Origin: Bacteroidales bacterium
Lineage (GTDB): Bacteria > Bacteroidota > Bacteroidia > Bacteroidales > VadinHA17
Length of the DNA: 64,000 bases
Direction: 5' to 3'
Assembly: GCA_041303415.1 (NCBI GenBank)
Contig: JBFYPG010000100.1
Span: forward strand, 3,825 to 67,824
Numbering within the stretch: the first letter of the stretch is position 1; each line of letters opens with the position of its first letter. The position numbers and the translations under genes are program-made. The notes beneath the pieces are model-generated. The model ran no database searches. It was given only the letters and a program-made list of their open reading frames with translations, and was not told where the DNA came from. Of the stretch, positions 1-10,757 are shown one piece after another.

Positions 1-280
1 CCGCAAGCGCCACAGCCTGGATGACGGTAAATCCCTTGGCGCGGCGGTTTTCGAGATACCGGTCAGTTTCTTCCTTGCTGAGGCGGTGGAAGAGTTCCCA
101 TCCTGTATCACCAAGCCAGAAGAACGGCGTTCCATCGGCAAAGACCAGGAAACGGTTGTTGTCCGATACTTTAAGTCTTCCGTGTGAGAGGTCGGCGGAT
201 ACCCCGCTCCATGATATTTCCTGTGACCAGGAGAAGAGGCAGCCTGCAAGCAACAGGCTTAATAATATAATTTTCTTCAT
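1..280 (-). CDS. Secreted glycoside hydrolase, DUF4038/GH140-like; only the N-terminal 93 codons, gene continues past the left edge
   Basis: Own reverse-strand translation from ATG (rc of 278-280): [14 protein letters not shown] (lipobox-like) ... [42 protein letters not shown], an N-terminal signature I associate with DUF4038/GH140. Absent from the ORF track because it is truncated. The listed + ORF 21..305 is an R/S-rich shadow. Confidence 0.55.
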   Translation of the reverse strand, partial: MKKIILLSLLLAGCLFSWSQEISWSGVSADLSHGRLKVSDNNRFLVFADGTPFFWLGDTGWELFHRLSKEETDRYLENRRAKGFTVIQAVALA

Positions 281-290
281 GTTTAACCAG

Positions 291-1292
291 TTATGCAAAA
301 CGTGAGTATACTATCAGTGCAAGTCCCGCAAGGTAGAATATAAACATGAGTGTGAGCAGGAGGTTTGTGCCTTTTGGCGCTTCCCTGAATTCCTTCCAGA
401 CGAAGATGCCCCAGAGTGCAGCCACCACCGGCGCCGCATTGCTCAATCCGTAAGAGATTGCCGGGCTTGCTGCCCCCACCGACATGAAGCTCACTGAATT
501 GCCAAGGCACCAGATTGCGCCGCCAAGCATGCCCAGAAGATGCGCTTTCGATGATCCTCTGAGCCACTGGCTGATCTTCACCGGCTCTCCCTGTACAGGT
601 TTTGCCATGAAGAAAGGATTAATGATGATCGTGCTGATAAGGGCGCCGGCCGAAAAGAGGACAACAGCAGTGTAGGAGCTTATTTTTCCTGCATCGGCAG
701 GAGAAAAATCGGTTGCCAGCGATGACGCTACAAACCTGTAGAAGAAAGCTATGCAAAGCCCTGCAAGCAATGCAAGTATGATTCCTTTTAAGGAAGGCTT
801 CTTCTGATGTGCGGCAAGCTTTCTGTATGATTGCATGCTGAAGAGTATTGCAAGGATAATTATCGCAGTGCCGCCAAAAAGAAACCACGGATTCCCTTCA
901 GGTTTGCCAAGATAATTGATCAGGATGCCCAGTGTCCAGCCTATTCCTCCGCCTATAGGGAATGCAACCGACATGCCTGCTATCGATATTGAAGCGACAA
1001 GGAGAAGTGTCCCTATGTTCCAGATAAAGCCGCCAAGGGCTGCGGAAAGCAGGTTGCGGGCATCAGCCTGCGCGAGGTCGGGCAGGAAGCTCCTTCCCTG
1101 GTTGCCGGAACTGCCGAATGTAAATGCCATAATCAGGGCAAACAACAGGATCCCGATCGAATAATCCCAGTAAAAGAGTTCAAACCTCCATTCTTTTCCG
1201 ATAAGGTTCTGTGTGTTCTGCCATGAGCCCCAGCATATCATGGCCAGGAAGCACAGCAAAACAGCAAGAGTGTAATTTTCAACAAGTACCAT
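291..1292 (-). CDS. DMT-superfamily sugar permease (GRP/RhaT-like), about 10 TM helices
   Basis: 333 aa of nearly continuous hydrophobic helices. Motif [19 protein letters not shown] near the N-terminus. Clear paralogue of 13327..14325. Stop lies 10 nt upstream of the GH140-like ATG. Confidence 0.6.
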   Translation of the reverse strand: MVLVENYTLAVLLCFLAMICWGSWQNTQNLIGKEWRFELFYWDYSIGILLFALIMAFTFGSSGNQGRSFLPDLAQADARNLLSAALGGFIWNIGTLLLVASISIAGMSVAFPIGGGIGWTLGILINYLGKPEGNPWFLFGGTAIIILAILFSMQSYRKLAAHQKKPSLKGIILALLAGLCIAFFYRFVASSLATDFSPADAGKISSYTAVVLFSAGALISTIIINPFFMAKPVQGEPVKISQWLRGSSKAHLLGMLGGAIWCLGNSVSFMSVGAASPAISYGLSNAAPVVAALWGIFVWKEFREAPKGTNLLLTLMFIFYLAGLALIVYSRFA

Positions 1293-1331
1293 AATTCAGG
1301 AAATTAAATTATAATATAAAAAATATAACCT

Positions 1332-3281
1332 TCAATGTCTGAGCCATCCTTCAATGAAATTAACTGAGTATGGTTCAAGTTCAAAAGTTGTTTGGGAATG
1401 AACGATCTTTTCCTTTTCAGTACCTGTCCACCTGCTGTCTGAAACCGCATCAGCAAAGCTTGAAATATCGAGTGTCCTGTTCCTGAACAACCCTGAGCAG
1501 CAGTCTAAGGTCACCGGCTGGATTAAATCAGTAAAGTTCACCATTATCAGCTTTCCCTGCTTCCCGTCAGTAAGCGCCAGACACTCCACCTTCAGGGGAT
1601 GAGAGCTGACACTCTTAACGGCATTCCATGACTTGCTGCCAAGTACAGACCGGAATATGTAATAGAGAGGGAAGATCATGCCCCTGGCGGAGGGGAATGA
1701 TGACGGCCACATTGAGTCCGTTTCACCCTGAATGATGCCCCTCTCCCCTGCCGTCTCATAATAGGTAATACTTTCGGCTCCGGCTTCGGAAAGGTTTTTA
1801 ATGCTTCCAAGTGTCCAACAGGCGCCGAACAGCGACATTATTCTGCTGTCGATCTGCGGGGGCAATTCCGGTCCTGTCCGTGGTAATTCATGCAGCGAGG
1901 AATTCGCATTGAATCGTCTCTGTATTGTTACAGGAGAGACCAATACCCCCTTTTCTCCTGCAAATACCCGGGCGCTCTGCACTGTGTAAGCCTGTGCTGC
2001 CAGGTTTTCCGCAAGTGTCAGATTATCTGAAGCATGCTCCTGGGGGTGAACAGAATAACATATATTATCGTTACCTGTTTCCCCGGGCCTGTTCCTGTTT
2101 ATCTGAGCAAAGTTTGCATTTGTGCCTGTTGCGATCCTGATGCCTGGAATTGATTCCTTCAGCATGGGTATAACCTCCAGTGCCAGGGGATCGGGTGTTA
2201 CAGGTAAAGATTTATGGTAGAGCAGCAATGATGAAACTGATGGTCTTTTTTCTTCATACCATCTTATAAACTCTTTAATCTGTCCTGGTGCACCATCGTC
2301 TGTAAAGAGAGCCAGTTCCATCTGGTATCCGAGGTCTGACGACTCCACTGATGCCTGGGTTGCTTTTACCTGCCATTCAGGTCTGTACAAATGAAGGTCG
2401 GCCCTGTAATGGTCAAACTTTATTGACCTGAGCAGTTTAATCTCCTTTTTGCCGAGGGGAGCCGGGCGGCTTGACTGACAGATTCCAATAGACGGAAGCC
2501 TGTATGTAACATCAGGGAAAAGCTTTACCTGTGTTATACCGTCTTGTTCGTCATCTCCGTCAAAATTCCCTTCAGCCCGGAAAGTAATTTTCTGGAAAAT
2601 AACAGTTCCTTTTTCCAGGGTCACAGGGTAGGGGAGAGAGAGGGGCGTCGAATAGGTTTTAAATGAAGCATCACTCCAGTTCCTCTGGTCCTCGGTTTCA
2701 AAAACATCTCCTTCAAAGTCAAGCCTGCAGCTTGCTGAGCCTGATATCCAGCTCATTGACTTAATGTTCCTGAACACCTGGTTAGGGCTTACCTCTGAGG
2801 GAAAGCCGGTTTGTTCACGGGAGCCGTCGGAGTGTTCAATGACACAGCTTTTGCCTCCTTCAACAGGGTGGAGTACACATAATCCGATACGGTTTCTGAC
2901 AGATTTTTCAAGGACATTACCCTTCATCTCAAATGAAATGGTGTTATCAGCGCCTCCTGTAATAAGGTAATCTGAGCAGAAATTTATTTCATCAGACTGG
3001 TAGATGCAATTAATGACAACAGAGAAACTATTTTCAGTCCTGTCAATGTTTTTTACCGTAATTACAGGTTTTACAGTAAGCCAGTTCCTATCCCTTACTG
3101 CCGCAAATATCATCCTTATGATCTCCATATTTCCACAGGAGATATACCTCAACGAGCCTTCCGAATAGAGCATGGTAAGTTTACCTGCCCGCATTTTCGT
3201 CGAGCCTGGATGATTGGAAGAGCTTCCATATTGCATTTTCTCTGCCGGAAGAGTTCCGGCAAATTCCCTGATACTATTCAT
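1332..3281 (-). CDS. Uncharacterised 649-aa protein, no signal peptide; first gene of the permease/GH140-like operon
   Basis: Long uninterrupted ORF with ATG start and protein-like composition. I recognise no family motif. Same strand as the permease, 39 nt upstream of it. Confidence 0.6.
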   Translation of the reverse strand: MNSIREFAGTLPAEKMQYGSSSNHPGSTKMRAGKLTMLYSEGSLRYISCGNMEIIRMIFAAVRDRNWLTVKPVITVKNIDRTENSFSVVINCIYQSDEINFCSDYLITGGADNTISFEMKGNVLEKSVRNRIGLCVLHPVEGGKSCVIEHSDGSREQTGFPSEVSPNQVFRNIKSMSWISGSASCRLDFEGDVFETEDQRNWSDASFKTYSTPLSLPYPVTLEKGTVIFQKITFRAEGNFDGDDEQDGITQVKLFPDVTYRLPSIGICQSSRPAPLGKKEIKLLRSIKFDHYRADLHLYRPEWQVKATQASVESSDLGYQMELALFTDDGAPGQIKEFIRWYEEKRPSVSSLLLYHKSLPVTPDPLALEVIPMLKESIPGIRIATGTNANFAQINRNRPGETGNDNICYSVHPQEHASDNLTLAENLAAQAYTVQSARVFAGEKGVLVSPVTIQRRFNANSSLHELPRTGPELPPQIDSRIMSLFGACWTLGSIKNLSEAGAESITYYETAGERGIIQGETDSMWPSSFPSARGMIFPLYYIFRSVLGSKSWNAVKSVSSHPLKVECLALTDGKQGKLIMVNFTDLIQPVTLDCCSGLFRNRTLDISSFADAVSDSRWTGTEKEKIVHSQTTFELEPYSVNFIEGWLRH

Positions 3282-3432
3282 TCTGTCATCTGCAATTAAA
3301 GTTAAGACAAATCTTCAGAAATTCTGCAGGATATTTCTTAATTTCTGATTCCGGTTAAATTAAAAGTTATTTTTTTGATGTTTTTTGCAATAAAATCATT
3401 AGTTTAACCCTTCTAAAACAGGGAGCGGTAAG

Positions 3433-6315
3433 ATGAAGAAAAAACCTGTCAGGCCGGAGGATTATGGGAATAAAACGTCTGAAAGCCAAAAGCTTATACA
3501 GATGAACGCGGCTCTTGTGGAAAGTGAGCTCAGCTACAGAAGCATATTCGAACATGCGACAGATGGCATTTATATACAGGACAGGAATGGCGTTTTTCTG
3601 GATGTGAATCCGGCAGCGATAAGGATGTACGGCTATAAGAGGGAGGAGATAGTAGGATTCACGCCTGAAAAGCTTGGAGCTCCCGGGAGGAATGATCTTG
3701 ACAAAACCCTTGAGCATGTAAAGAAGGCATTTGCCGGAGAACCTCAGAGATTTGAGTGGTGGGGGCGACGCAAAAACGGAGAGATATTTCCCAAGGAGAT
3801 CGTGTTGAACAGGGGTATGTACTTTGGGCAGGAGGTGGTATTTGCCATGTCAAGGGATATTACTGAACGGTTTCAGGTGCTCGCCGCCCTTAAGGAAAGT
3901 GAAGATAAATACAGATCCCTTGCTGACCAGATACCTGTGGGAGTATACAGAACTGCTACTGACGGACAGCTTTTATATTCCAATCCCGCTCTTGTTAAAA
4001 TGCTGAATTACAGTTCGGCAGAAGAGCTCATCAGGCTTAACGTTCATCAGCTCTATGCCGATCCTGCTGACCGCGGTAATCAGATCGATAAATCGAAAAC
4101 AGTGACGGCAGTGATAACAAGCGAATTTCAGCTGAAAAAGAAGTCCGGAGAGCTGATATGGGTCAGGGACAACAGCCGCCTGATTTTCGATAAAAACGGC
4201 AATCCGCTCTATTTCGATGGAATACTTGAGGATATAACAGAACGCAAACACACTGCAAATGCTATAAAGGAGAGCGAAGCCAACCTGAAAGCGATAATTG
4301 AAAACACACTGGAAAGTATCTGGTCGGTGGACAGAAACTATGAGATTCAGTATATAAATGAAGTATTTGCTAAAGCGTTCAATGCAACATTCGGTGTGCA
4401 GCTTAAAAAAGGTGTTAATATTGTTGAATCTCTCCCTGCCAGCATAAGACAGATATGGAAGGAGAGGTATGAAAGAACCTTCAATAATGAACATTTTGTT
4501 TTTGAAGACCGGATTGACATTAATGACACATCAGTATACATTGAGGTATCGATGAACCCTATTGTTATTGATGGAAACGTTGTGGGAGCTTCATTATACG
4601 GAAAGGATATCACTGAGAAGAAAACAGCGCAGCTGCGCCTTGAGTATCTGTCCGACATGAGAAAGCTTCTTATCGACCTCTCTATCGGCTTTATAAATTT
4701 GCCTCTGGATCGGATAGAGGAAGAGGTCAGCAGGTCGCTGGTAAAAATTGGGGAGTTTGTTAGCGCCGACAGGGCATATGTCTTTGAATATGACTTTAAA
4801 AATAATACCGGCACGAACACTTTTGAATGGTGCAGGGAAGAAATAGAGCCACAGATAAATAAATTACGGTTAATACCGCTTGAAGGATTTTCCGAGTGGA
4901 TTGCAATACATAATAGGGGTGATACCATAAAGGTGGAGGATGCTGATTTATTGACTGATGAAAATCTGCGAAACTTCATTAAAGATCAGAGTACAATATC
5001 CGTCCTTACTATTCCTCTGCTTGAGGATGGCGAATGTACGGGTTTTGTTGGATTCGACTCGGTAAGACAAAGGCATGTCTATACAGAATTTGAAGAACAG
5101 CTGCTGAAAGTATATGCCCAGTCACTTGTCAATGTCCGGGAAAGACTCAGAAAAGAACAGCGGCTGATCGTAGCCAAGGAAAAAGCCGAAGAGAGCGATC
5201 GTCTGAAATCTTCATTCCTTGCCAATATGAGCCACGAGATACGCACCCCGATGAACGGGATCATAGGTTTCCTGGATCTGCTTAAGGAACCTGATCTCTC
5301 AGAGGAGAACAAGATCGCCTATATCGATATAGTGACACAGAGCAGCCACCGGCTGCTCGATACGATAAATGACATTATCGAGATTTCGAAAATAGAAACG
5401 GGTGAACTAAAGCTCCATATGTCTCCGATTAATATCCCTGATATGATGTCATATTATTACGGTTTCTTCAAACAGCAGGCCGGTCAGAAAGGATTGAAAT
5501 ACTTCATTTCGAACAACCTCCCGCCTGAAATCAGGGCAGTGCAGACCGACAGGAACAAACTGGAAAGCATAATCTCAAATCTCATCAAAAATGCCGTAAA
5601 ATTCACTGACTCAGGCTCAGTGGAATTCGGATGTTATGGTGAAGCGGATAACCTCGTGTTCTTTGTCAGGGATACAGGGATCGGCATTCCCGAAGAAAGA
5701 CTTAATTCCGTCTTTGATCGTTTTGTACAGGGCGATATGTCGTTCTCAAGGCCCCAGGAGGGTTCAGGGCTTGGCCTTTCGATAGTAAAGGCGTATGTCG
5801 ACCTGCTGAAGGGAAAGATATGGGTTCAGTCAGAGCCGGGTAAAGGAAGCACATTCACTTTTTCCATTCCTTATTCCGCTGCAGATGAGGATAATGCTGA
5901 TGCCGCACCTCATGACCCTGTACATAGTATCTCCGGGAAAACCCTTGCCATCCTCATAGCAGAGGATGACTATGCAAGCTATCTTTACCTTGAGAGTCTT
6001 TTGGCCGGACCCGGGATCTCTTTCCTTCATACCTCCAACGGCAATGATGCGGTGAGATCTGTACGCGAACATCCCGAATTGTCCTTTGTCCTTATGGATA
6101 TCAGGATGCCAGGTATGAACGGGCTGGAGGCGACAAGGCAGATACGCCGGTTCAACAAAAAGATTCCTATCATAGCACAGACAGCTTATGCCCTTTCCGG
6201 CGACAGGGAATCTGCAATTTCGGCAGGATGCAGCGATTATATTTCCAAACCTATCAACCGGAATGAACTGAACAAGATAATTTCACAATACGTTGAACAT
6301 AGAAAAACAATTTAA
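3433..6315 (+). CDS. Hybrid sensor histidine kinase/response regulator with multiple PAS domains and a GAF-like domain
   Basis: Repeated PAS-type segments (..DITERK.. endings). H-box [11 protein letters not shown]. ATPase boxes [27 protein letters not shown]-terminal receiver [19 protein letters not shown]. Confidence 0.9.
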   Translation: MKKKPVRPEDYGNKTSESQKLIQMNAALVESELSYRSIFEHATDGIYIQDRNGVFLDVNPAAIRMYGYKREEIVGFTPEKLGAPGRNDLDKTLEHVKKAFAGEPQRFEWWGRRKNGEIFPKEIVLNRGMYFGQEVVFAMSRDITERFQVLAALKESEDKYRSLADQIPVGVYRTATDGQLLYSNPALVKMLNYSSAEELIRLNVHQLYADPADRGNQIDKSKTVTAVITSEFQLKKKSGELIWVRDNSRLIFDKNGNPLYFDGILEDITERKHTANAIKESEANLKAIIENTLESIWSVDRNYEIQYINEVFAKAFNATFGVQLKKGVNIVESLPASIRQIWKERYERTFNNEHFVFEDRIDINDTSVYIEVSMNPIVIDGNVVGASLYGKDITEKKTAQLRLEYLSDMRKLLIDLSIGFINLPLDRIEEEVSRSLVKIGEFVSADRAYVFEYDFKNNTGTNTFEWCREEIEPQINKLRLIPLEGFSEWIAIHNRGDTIKVEDADLLTDENLRNFIKDQSTISVLTIPLLEDGECTGFVGFDSVRQRHVYTEFEEQLLKVYAQSLVNVRERLRKEQRLIVAKEKAEESDRLKSSFLANMSHEIRTPMNGIIGFLDLLKEPDLSEENKIAYIDIVTQSSHRLLDTINDIIEISKIETGELKLHMSPINIPDMMSYYYGFFKQQAGQKGLKYFISNNLPPEIRAVQTDRNKLESIISNLIKNAVKFTDSGSVEFGCYGEADNLVFFVRDTGIGIPEERLNSVFDRFVQGDMSFSRPQEGSGLGLSIVKAYVDLLKGKIWVQSEPGKGSTFTFSIPYSAADEDNADAAPHDPVHSISGKTLAILIAEDDYASYLYLESLLAGPGISFLHTSNGNDAVRSVREHPELSFVLMDIRMPGMNGLEATRQIRRFNKKIPIIAQTAYALSGDRESAISAGCSDYISKPINRNELNKIISQYVEHRKTI

Positions 6316-7918
6316 AGTGAAGACTACATTAAAGCCATCAATACAGTTTCCTGACAGGTTATTCAAATGGTCAGTTACTGTAATCAGAATTGCTGCAGGC
6401 TGGCATCTTCTCTATGAAGGACTCTCAAAGCTTATAGCCGGAGGCTGGAGCTCGGCTCCATTCCTTGCCGGCTCAAGATGGATCTTCGCTCCGGTATTTA
6501 CCTGGATGTCAGAATCATCCGCCATTACTTCAATAATTGACTTTCTTAATATCTGGGGATTGATCCTGATCGGACTGGCTTTGGTACTTGGCCTTTTTAC
6601 CCGGGCCGCGGCAGGTGCAGGAGCCCTGTTGCTGCTGTTCTATTTTGTCGCTTATCCTCCCATCCCGGGATATATGATCAGTGTCCCGGCCGAAGGTAGT
6701 TACCTCTGGATAAATAAGACACTTATTGAATTATTTGTACTTGCTGCATTTATTTTCATTCCGTCAGGGACCCATTTCGGAATTGACAGGCTTGTCCGAA
6801 GGTGGAAGGATGAGAAAGCAAGGAAGCCTGTTCCGGGTACACCAGTTGAAAAAGGCGAGGCAAAAGGCAGAAGGGAGATCATAAAGGACCTGATCTCGGT
6901 ACCGGCACTCGGGGCATTCGCCTATGCTCTCTACCGGAAGAGTAAATGGGACAGCTTTGAAGAGAAGTTCCTGAAAGTCCAGGGAATGGATGCTAACTCC
7001 GGGGCAACCCTTCTGAAATTCACGTACTCGTCTCTTAAGGAACTTAAGGGAGAAGTTCCGAAAACATCAATCAATTATAAGGATGAAAAGGGCAATCCGG
7101 CAAAATTTGAACTGAGCAGGCTAATAATGGGTGGAAATCTTATCGGGGGCTGGGCGCATGCGCGGGATCTTATTTATGTTTCAAAGCTGGTCAAAACTTA
7201 TCACACTGATGAAAAGGTGATGCAGACCATGGCCCTTGCTGAAAAATGCGGAATCAACGCTATTATAACAAATCCGCAGCTGGGCAGGATATGGCAGAAA
7301 TACAGACATGAATTCAGGGGGAAGATGAAATTTATATCCGATTGCGGGATAGCTCTCGATTTTCAGAAAGGTATTGCCATGTCACTTGCAGTTGAAGCCG
7401 ATGCGCTTTATTGCCAGGGAGAGATCACTGACCGCTGGGCTGATGAAAACTGGAATGATCCTGTCGCGGGAAGAACTTTGGAACAGCGTATGGAACTGAT
7501 CCGCAGCGGAATAGAAGAGATTCGCAGTCATGGTAAACCGGCAGGCATAGGAGCACATAAAATAGAAGCGGTTAAGAAATGTGTTGAATACGGCATAAAA
7601 CCCGATTACTGGGTGAAGACCTGCCACAGCCATAACTACTGGTCGGCCCAACCGGGTTCTCCCTGGAAGGATAATATGTTTGACTACGATCCTGAGGAGA
7701 CAATCAGGTTTATGGGAACGCTTAATGAACCATGGATAGCCTTCAAGGTACTTGCCGCCGGAGCTATTTCACCGGAGGAGGGACTGAAATACGCTTTCAG
7801 TAACGGAGCTGATTTTGTCTGCCTCGGGATGTACGACTTCCAGATTGTTGAGGATGTGAACATCGCCCTTGAAGCACTTGAAAAAGCAAAGGAGAGACAG
7901 AGGCCCTGGATAGTTTAA
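6293..7918 (+). CDS. DoxX-like membrane domain fused to an uncharacterised soluble domain of about 330 aa
   Basis: N-terminal four hydrophobic helices with a DoxX-like [14 protein letters not shown] start; I cannot assign the C-terminal domain. Start is ambiguous: TTG 6293 overlaps the kinase stop (6313-6315), and in-frame GTG 6317 follows it by one base. Confidence 0.6.
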   Translation: MNIEKQFKVKTTLKPSIQFPDRLFKWSVTVIRIAAGWHLLYEGLSKLIAGGWSSAPFLAGSRWIFAPVFTWMSESSAITSIIDFLNIWGLILIGLALVLGLFTRAAAGAGALLLLFYFVAYPPIPGYMISVPAEGSYLWINKTLIELFVLAAFIFIPSGTHFGIDRLVRRWKDEKARKPVPGTPVEKGEAKGRREIIKDLISVPALGAFAYALYRKSKWDSFEEKFLKVQGMDANSGATLLKFTYSSLKELKGEVPKTSINYKDEKGNPAKFELSRLIMGGNLIGGWAHARDLIYVSKLVKTYHTDEKVMQTMALAEKCGINAIITNPQLGRIWQKYRHEFRGKMKFISDCGIALDFQKGIAMSLAVEADALYCQGEITDRWADENWNDPVAGRTLEQRMELIRSGIEEIRSHGKPAGIGAHKIEAVKKCVEYGIKPDYWVKTCHSHNYWSAQPGSPWKDNMFDYDPEETIRFMGTLNEPWIAFKVLAAGAISPEEGLKYAFSNGADFVCLGMYDFQIVEDVNIALEALEKAKERQRPWIV

Positions 7919-8000
7919 GCTTCTAATTTTTTTTTCTGCAGTCATGATCAGGTCTCAATATTTCTTGCATTTTACCGGGAATTTTACTATCTTTAATAGA

Positions 8001-8008
8001 TACTTTTG
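8001..8008 (+). promoter_or_regulatory. Candidate -7 box (TACTTTTG) for the TA pair
   Basis: Matches TAnnTTTG and ends 6 nt before ATG 8015, implying a near-leaderless transcript. No good -33 TTTG. Confidence 0.4.
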
Positions 8009-8014
8009 CACAAA

Positions 8015-8284
8015 ATGAACACTCCGGAAGTTAAGAAATTCATAAGGAAGCACAGTAATCTTTTCTGGTATATCCCTGAAGATAAGAAGGAAGATCTGAG
8101 TCCAGATGTAGTTGTGGAATTTATCTTAAATTATGGATCAATGGATGACATTATGACTTTGATCGGCATAATGGGAATTAAAGATACAGCAAGGATTTTC
8201 TTTGCAGCCGAGGGAAGAAAAAAATTAAACTATTACCCTGAGATATATAATTTCTTTTCTCTCTATTTTAATAAATATGCATAA
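8015..8284 (+). CDS. Small putative antitoxin partner of the AbiEii-like toxin
   Basis: 89 aa from the first ATG (the track start 8006 is TTG). Its stop overlaps the downstream ATG in ATGCATAA (8277-8284). The position is typical of a TA antitoxin; no domain recognised with certainty. Confidence 0.5.
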   Translation: MNTPEVKKFIRKHSNLFWYIPEDKKEDLSPDVVVEFILNYGSMDDIMTLIGIMGIKDTARIFFAAEGRKKLNYYPEIYNFFSLYFNKYA

Positions 8285-8894
8285 AGAGATCTTTTCGGAT
8301 AATCAGCTTAAACTTTTACCACTTGTTAAGGAGTTTAAACGTGAATTCTATCTTGTCGGAGGAACGGCAATAGCTCTATACCTTGGACACAGGAGATCAA
8401 TTGATTTCGATTTATTTAAAAGCTCTTCCATTCATCCAAAAAAGATTATTGAAAAAATATCGGCCTTTCATTTTAAATATCAGGTAACCCGCAGGGTTTC
8501 CGAACAACTGAACCTGACTGTGAATGACGTTTCATTTACTTTCTTTGAATACCCTTACATAATTGAGGCTGAAAACAATTTTGAAGACATATTACGTCTA
8601 CCCTCCTTGATTGACCTTGCCGCTATGAAGGCATACGCCCTTGGACGAAGATCGAAATGGAAAGACTATGTCGACTTTTATTATCTTTTAAAAAATCATT
8701 TCACCATAAACCAGATTTCTGACCGTGCTGTTGAAATTTACGACCAGATGTTTTCACAGAAGTTATTCAGGGCACAGATATGTTACTTTAAGGATATTTA
8801 CCATAAGGAACCTGTTGAATATCTGGCTGATCAACCTTCCGAAGAAGAAATAAAGTCGTTTCTGATTAATAAGGCAATCAATCTTGAACTTTAG
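8277..8894 (+). CDS. Nucleotidyltransferase AbiEii/AbiGii-family toxin (type IV TA)
   Basis: 205 aa with FYLVGGTAIALYLGHRRSIDFDLF, a minimal nucleotidyltransferase G-x-x...D-x-D motif characteristic of the AbiEii/DUF1814 family. 8-nt overlap with the upstream small gene. Confidence 0.75.
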   Translation: MHKEIFSDNQLKLLPLVKEFKREFYLVGGTAIALYLGHRRSIDFDLFKSSSIHPKKIIEKISAFHFKYQVTRRVSEQLNLTVNDVSFTFFEYPYIIEAENNFEDILRLPSLIDLAAMKAYALGRRSKWKDYVDFYYLLKNHFTINQISDRAVEIYDQMFSQKLFRAQICYFKDIYHKEPVEYLADQPSEEEIKSFLINKAINLEL

Positions 8895-10736
8895 TCAATT
8901 CCGCCTGATCAGGCAAACCCAGTCTCTGCTGTCGTCCCCGGGTGGATTTCCGGTTGATCTGTAACCTCCTCCTGTGATTGATGTAATGTTTCCCTTCAGC
9001 AATTCACCTCCGTTGCGCGGATTGTACCAGGCAATATTGTAATTGCCTTCAGAAAGCAGGATATCAGCAGCTTTTGCTGTCGGAAGATAGAGAGCGTATA
9101 TGGATCCTTTCTTCGCGAAGCAGTAATCATCCTGATCACGTGTCAGATCATCAGCACTTTCCATCTCTGTGAAAGGCAGATTATTGTGAAAGAAATCAAG
9201 GGCAATTTTTGTCTGTTCCCACAGATTGTTACGGCTTCGCCAATCTTCACAGCTCAGGTCGGAGTGGGGGTAGTTATACCCGAAATACCATTCCACCCCT
9301 CCGCCTCCGGCCATGAGATTTCCCCAGAGCACTTTGTGCCTTATGGTGTCATGGGCAGGATCCATGGCATCAGGCATTGCTCCCTGCCAGTGCGGACCAA
9401 TTTCATCGATGCAGACAACCCACTTATGACCAGATTCTGCTGATCTGCTTATCCAGTGTTTTGCATCCTCATGAATTTCATTAATGTTACCGCACTGGAT
9501 TGACGGTCCCTCAACATTCCTGAATCCGAGGTATTGTGTCATATCTTTCAGTCGCTGCTGAGGGGCAGAATGAGTGTGAATAATGATGAAATTATCATAT
9601 GGATCAATTGCCCTCAGGTAATCGGCCATGAGCTTTGTGTCCCTGTAAGTCTGGCCGTATGGCGACCAGTCAGTTGGGTGGTGTTCCTCTCCAAGGTTCC
9701 ATGTTACTGCCAGGTGATGTGAAAAACGAGCGACCAGTTCCCTCAGATACAATTTGCGCTGCACATCGAGGTAACCGCAATCAAGAAGACATTCATTCTC
9801 GGTTTCCTGAAGAACAAAATGGAGCATAATACTAAGCTTCTCTGCATGAGAAAAAACAATTTCCCACTGGTCGAGCTTGCTGCAATCGAACCTGTATCTT
9901 TCGTTACGGTCAGTATAAGGCCACACGTCCTCTCCGTCGCCCAGGATGTTCATTGTGAGCATGTATACACTATTCATACCCTTGGACGACAGATAGTTGA
10001 GTGCTCCTACTATTCCTTTTCCCAGTCCGTTTTTCCATTGAGGATCGCCTTCTTTCCAGTCACTGATGTGAGGTTCATAAAGATGAAGTCCGCTGTTAGG
10101 AGCGGCCTCTCCGCTTCGCGCCTTATTGTTCCCCCCGTAATATGTTCCGTCAAAATCCCTGTATCCCAGGAAATTCTCAGGAGAGTCAGCCCCGCCTTTC
10201 AGAAACCCCTCACCGGTTCCTGCATATTTAAGATAATGTGTACCATCATATTTGAGCCGCCCTTTTATATGGAAATCAGGAGCCTGTTTATCGCTCTTTT
10301 TTATCCTCATTTCGCCGGCAGTTCCATTAAAATAACATTCTTGTCCCATGCCCGCATCATCTGCAATGGCAATGTTCCTTCCTTTGAGGAAGCTTACCTT
10401 ATAATTCCATATTCCATCAGACGGAGGACAAAAGTGAACCCGCCATTTGTTTCCTGATCTTGATGATGTTTCAGCAGCATTACCGTCTGCTGCAAAAAAC
10501 CCAGGCACCTCGAATTCCATATCTCCGCTGGAAAAGGATACGTTTAAAAGATAATCCAGAAAGGGATTTATTGTATCGTATTCAGCAGCATAAGGTCCTG
10601 TGAATGTCAGTGTTATTGTATGCCAGGTTTTCATCTCTCCGCTGATTTCTGTTGTTGAAGAGGATGAACAGGAGCCAAGAAATAAGAATAAAGCAAGCTC
10701 AAGGATAATGAGCCGAAGAATATTTGCTTTTTTCAT
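8895..10736 (-). CDS. Lipoprotein glycoside hydrolase of the DUF5060 + cellulase-like (DUF4038-related) type
   Basis: Signal and lipobox LFLGSC. N-terminal WHTITLTFTGP beta-sandwich signature I associate with DUF5060, followed by a TIM-barrel-like core (NSVYMLTMNILGDGEDVWPY, VTWNLGEE). Confidence 0.6.
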   Translation of the reverse strand: MKKANILRLIILELALFLFLGSCSSSSTTEISGEMKTWHTITLTFTGPYAAEYDTINPFLDYLLNVSFSSGDMEFEVPGFFAADGNAAETSSRSGNKWRVHFCPPSDGIWNYKVSFLKGRNIAIADDAGMGQECYFNGTAGEMRIKKSDKQAPDFHIKGRLKYDGTHYLKYAGTGEGFLKGGADSPENFLGYRDFDGTYYGGNNKARSGEAAPNSGLHLYEPHISDWKEGDPQWKNGLGKGIVGALNYLSSKGMNSVYMLTMNILGDGEDVWPYTDRNERYRFDCSKLDQWEIVFSHAEKLSIMLHFVLQETENECLLDCGYLDVQRKLYLRELVARFSHHLAVTWNLGEEHHPTDWSPYGQTYRDTKLMADYLRAIDPYDNFIIIHTHSAPQQRLKDMTQYLGFRNVEGPSIQCGNINEIHEDAKHWISRSAESGHKWVVCIDEIGPHWQGAMPDAMDPAHDTIRHKVLWGNLMAGGGGVEWYFGYNYPHSDLSCEDWRSRNNLWEQTKIALDFFHNNLPFTEMESADDLTRDQDDYCFAKKGSIYALYLPTAKAADILLSEGNYNIAWYNPRNGGELLKGNITSITGGGYRSTGNPPGDDSRDWVCLIRRN

Positions 10737-10757
10737 AGAAGAGTGTAATGAATATGA

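Noticed and set aside
21-305. Plus-strand ORF of 94 aa at the left edge
   Set aside because: Its R/S-rich composition is unlike a real protein. The opposite strand encodes a convincing signal peptide plus a DUF4038/GH140-like N-terminus.
3973-4979. Long antisense ORFs inside the histidine kinase (3973..4494, 4347..4979). The same applies to 9819..10457, 11145..11543, 24690..25289 and others.
   Set aside because: These are shadow ORFs opposite strongly supported genes, with atypical composition.
6293-6317. Programmed frameshift or read-through fusing the kinase to the DoxX protein
   Set aside because: The kinase frame ends in a clean TAA and there is no slippery sequence. An in-frame GTG or TTG start explains the arrangement as ordinary translational coupling.
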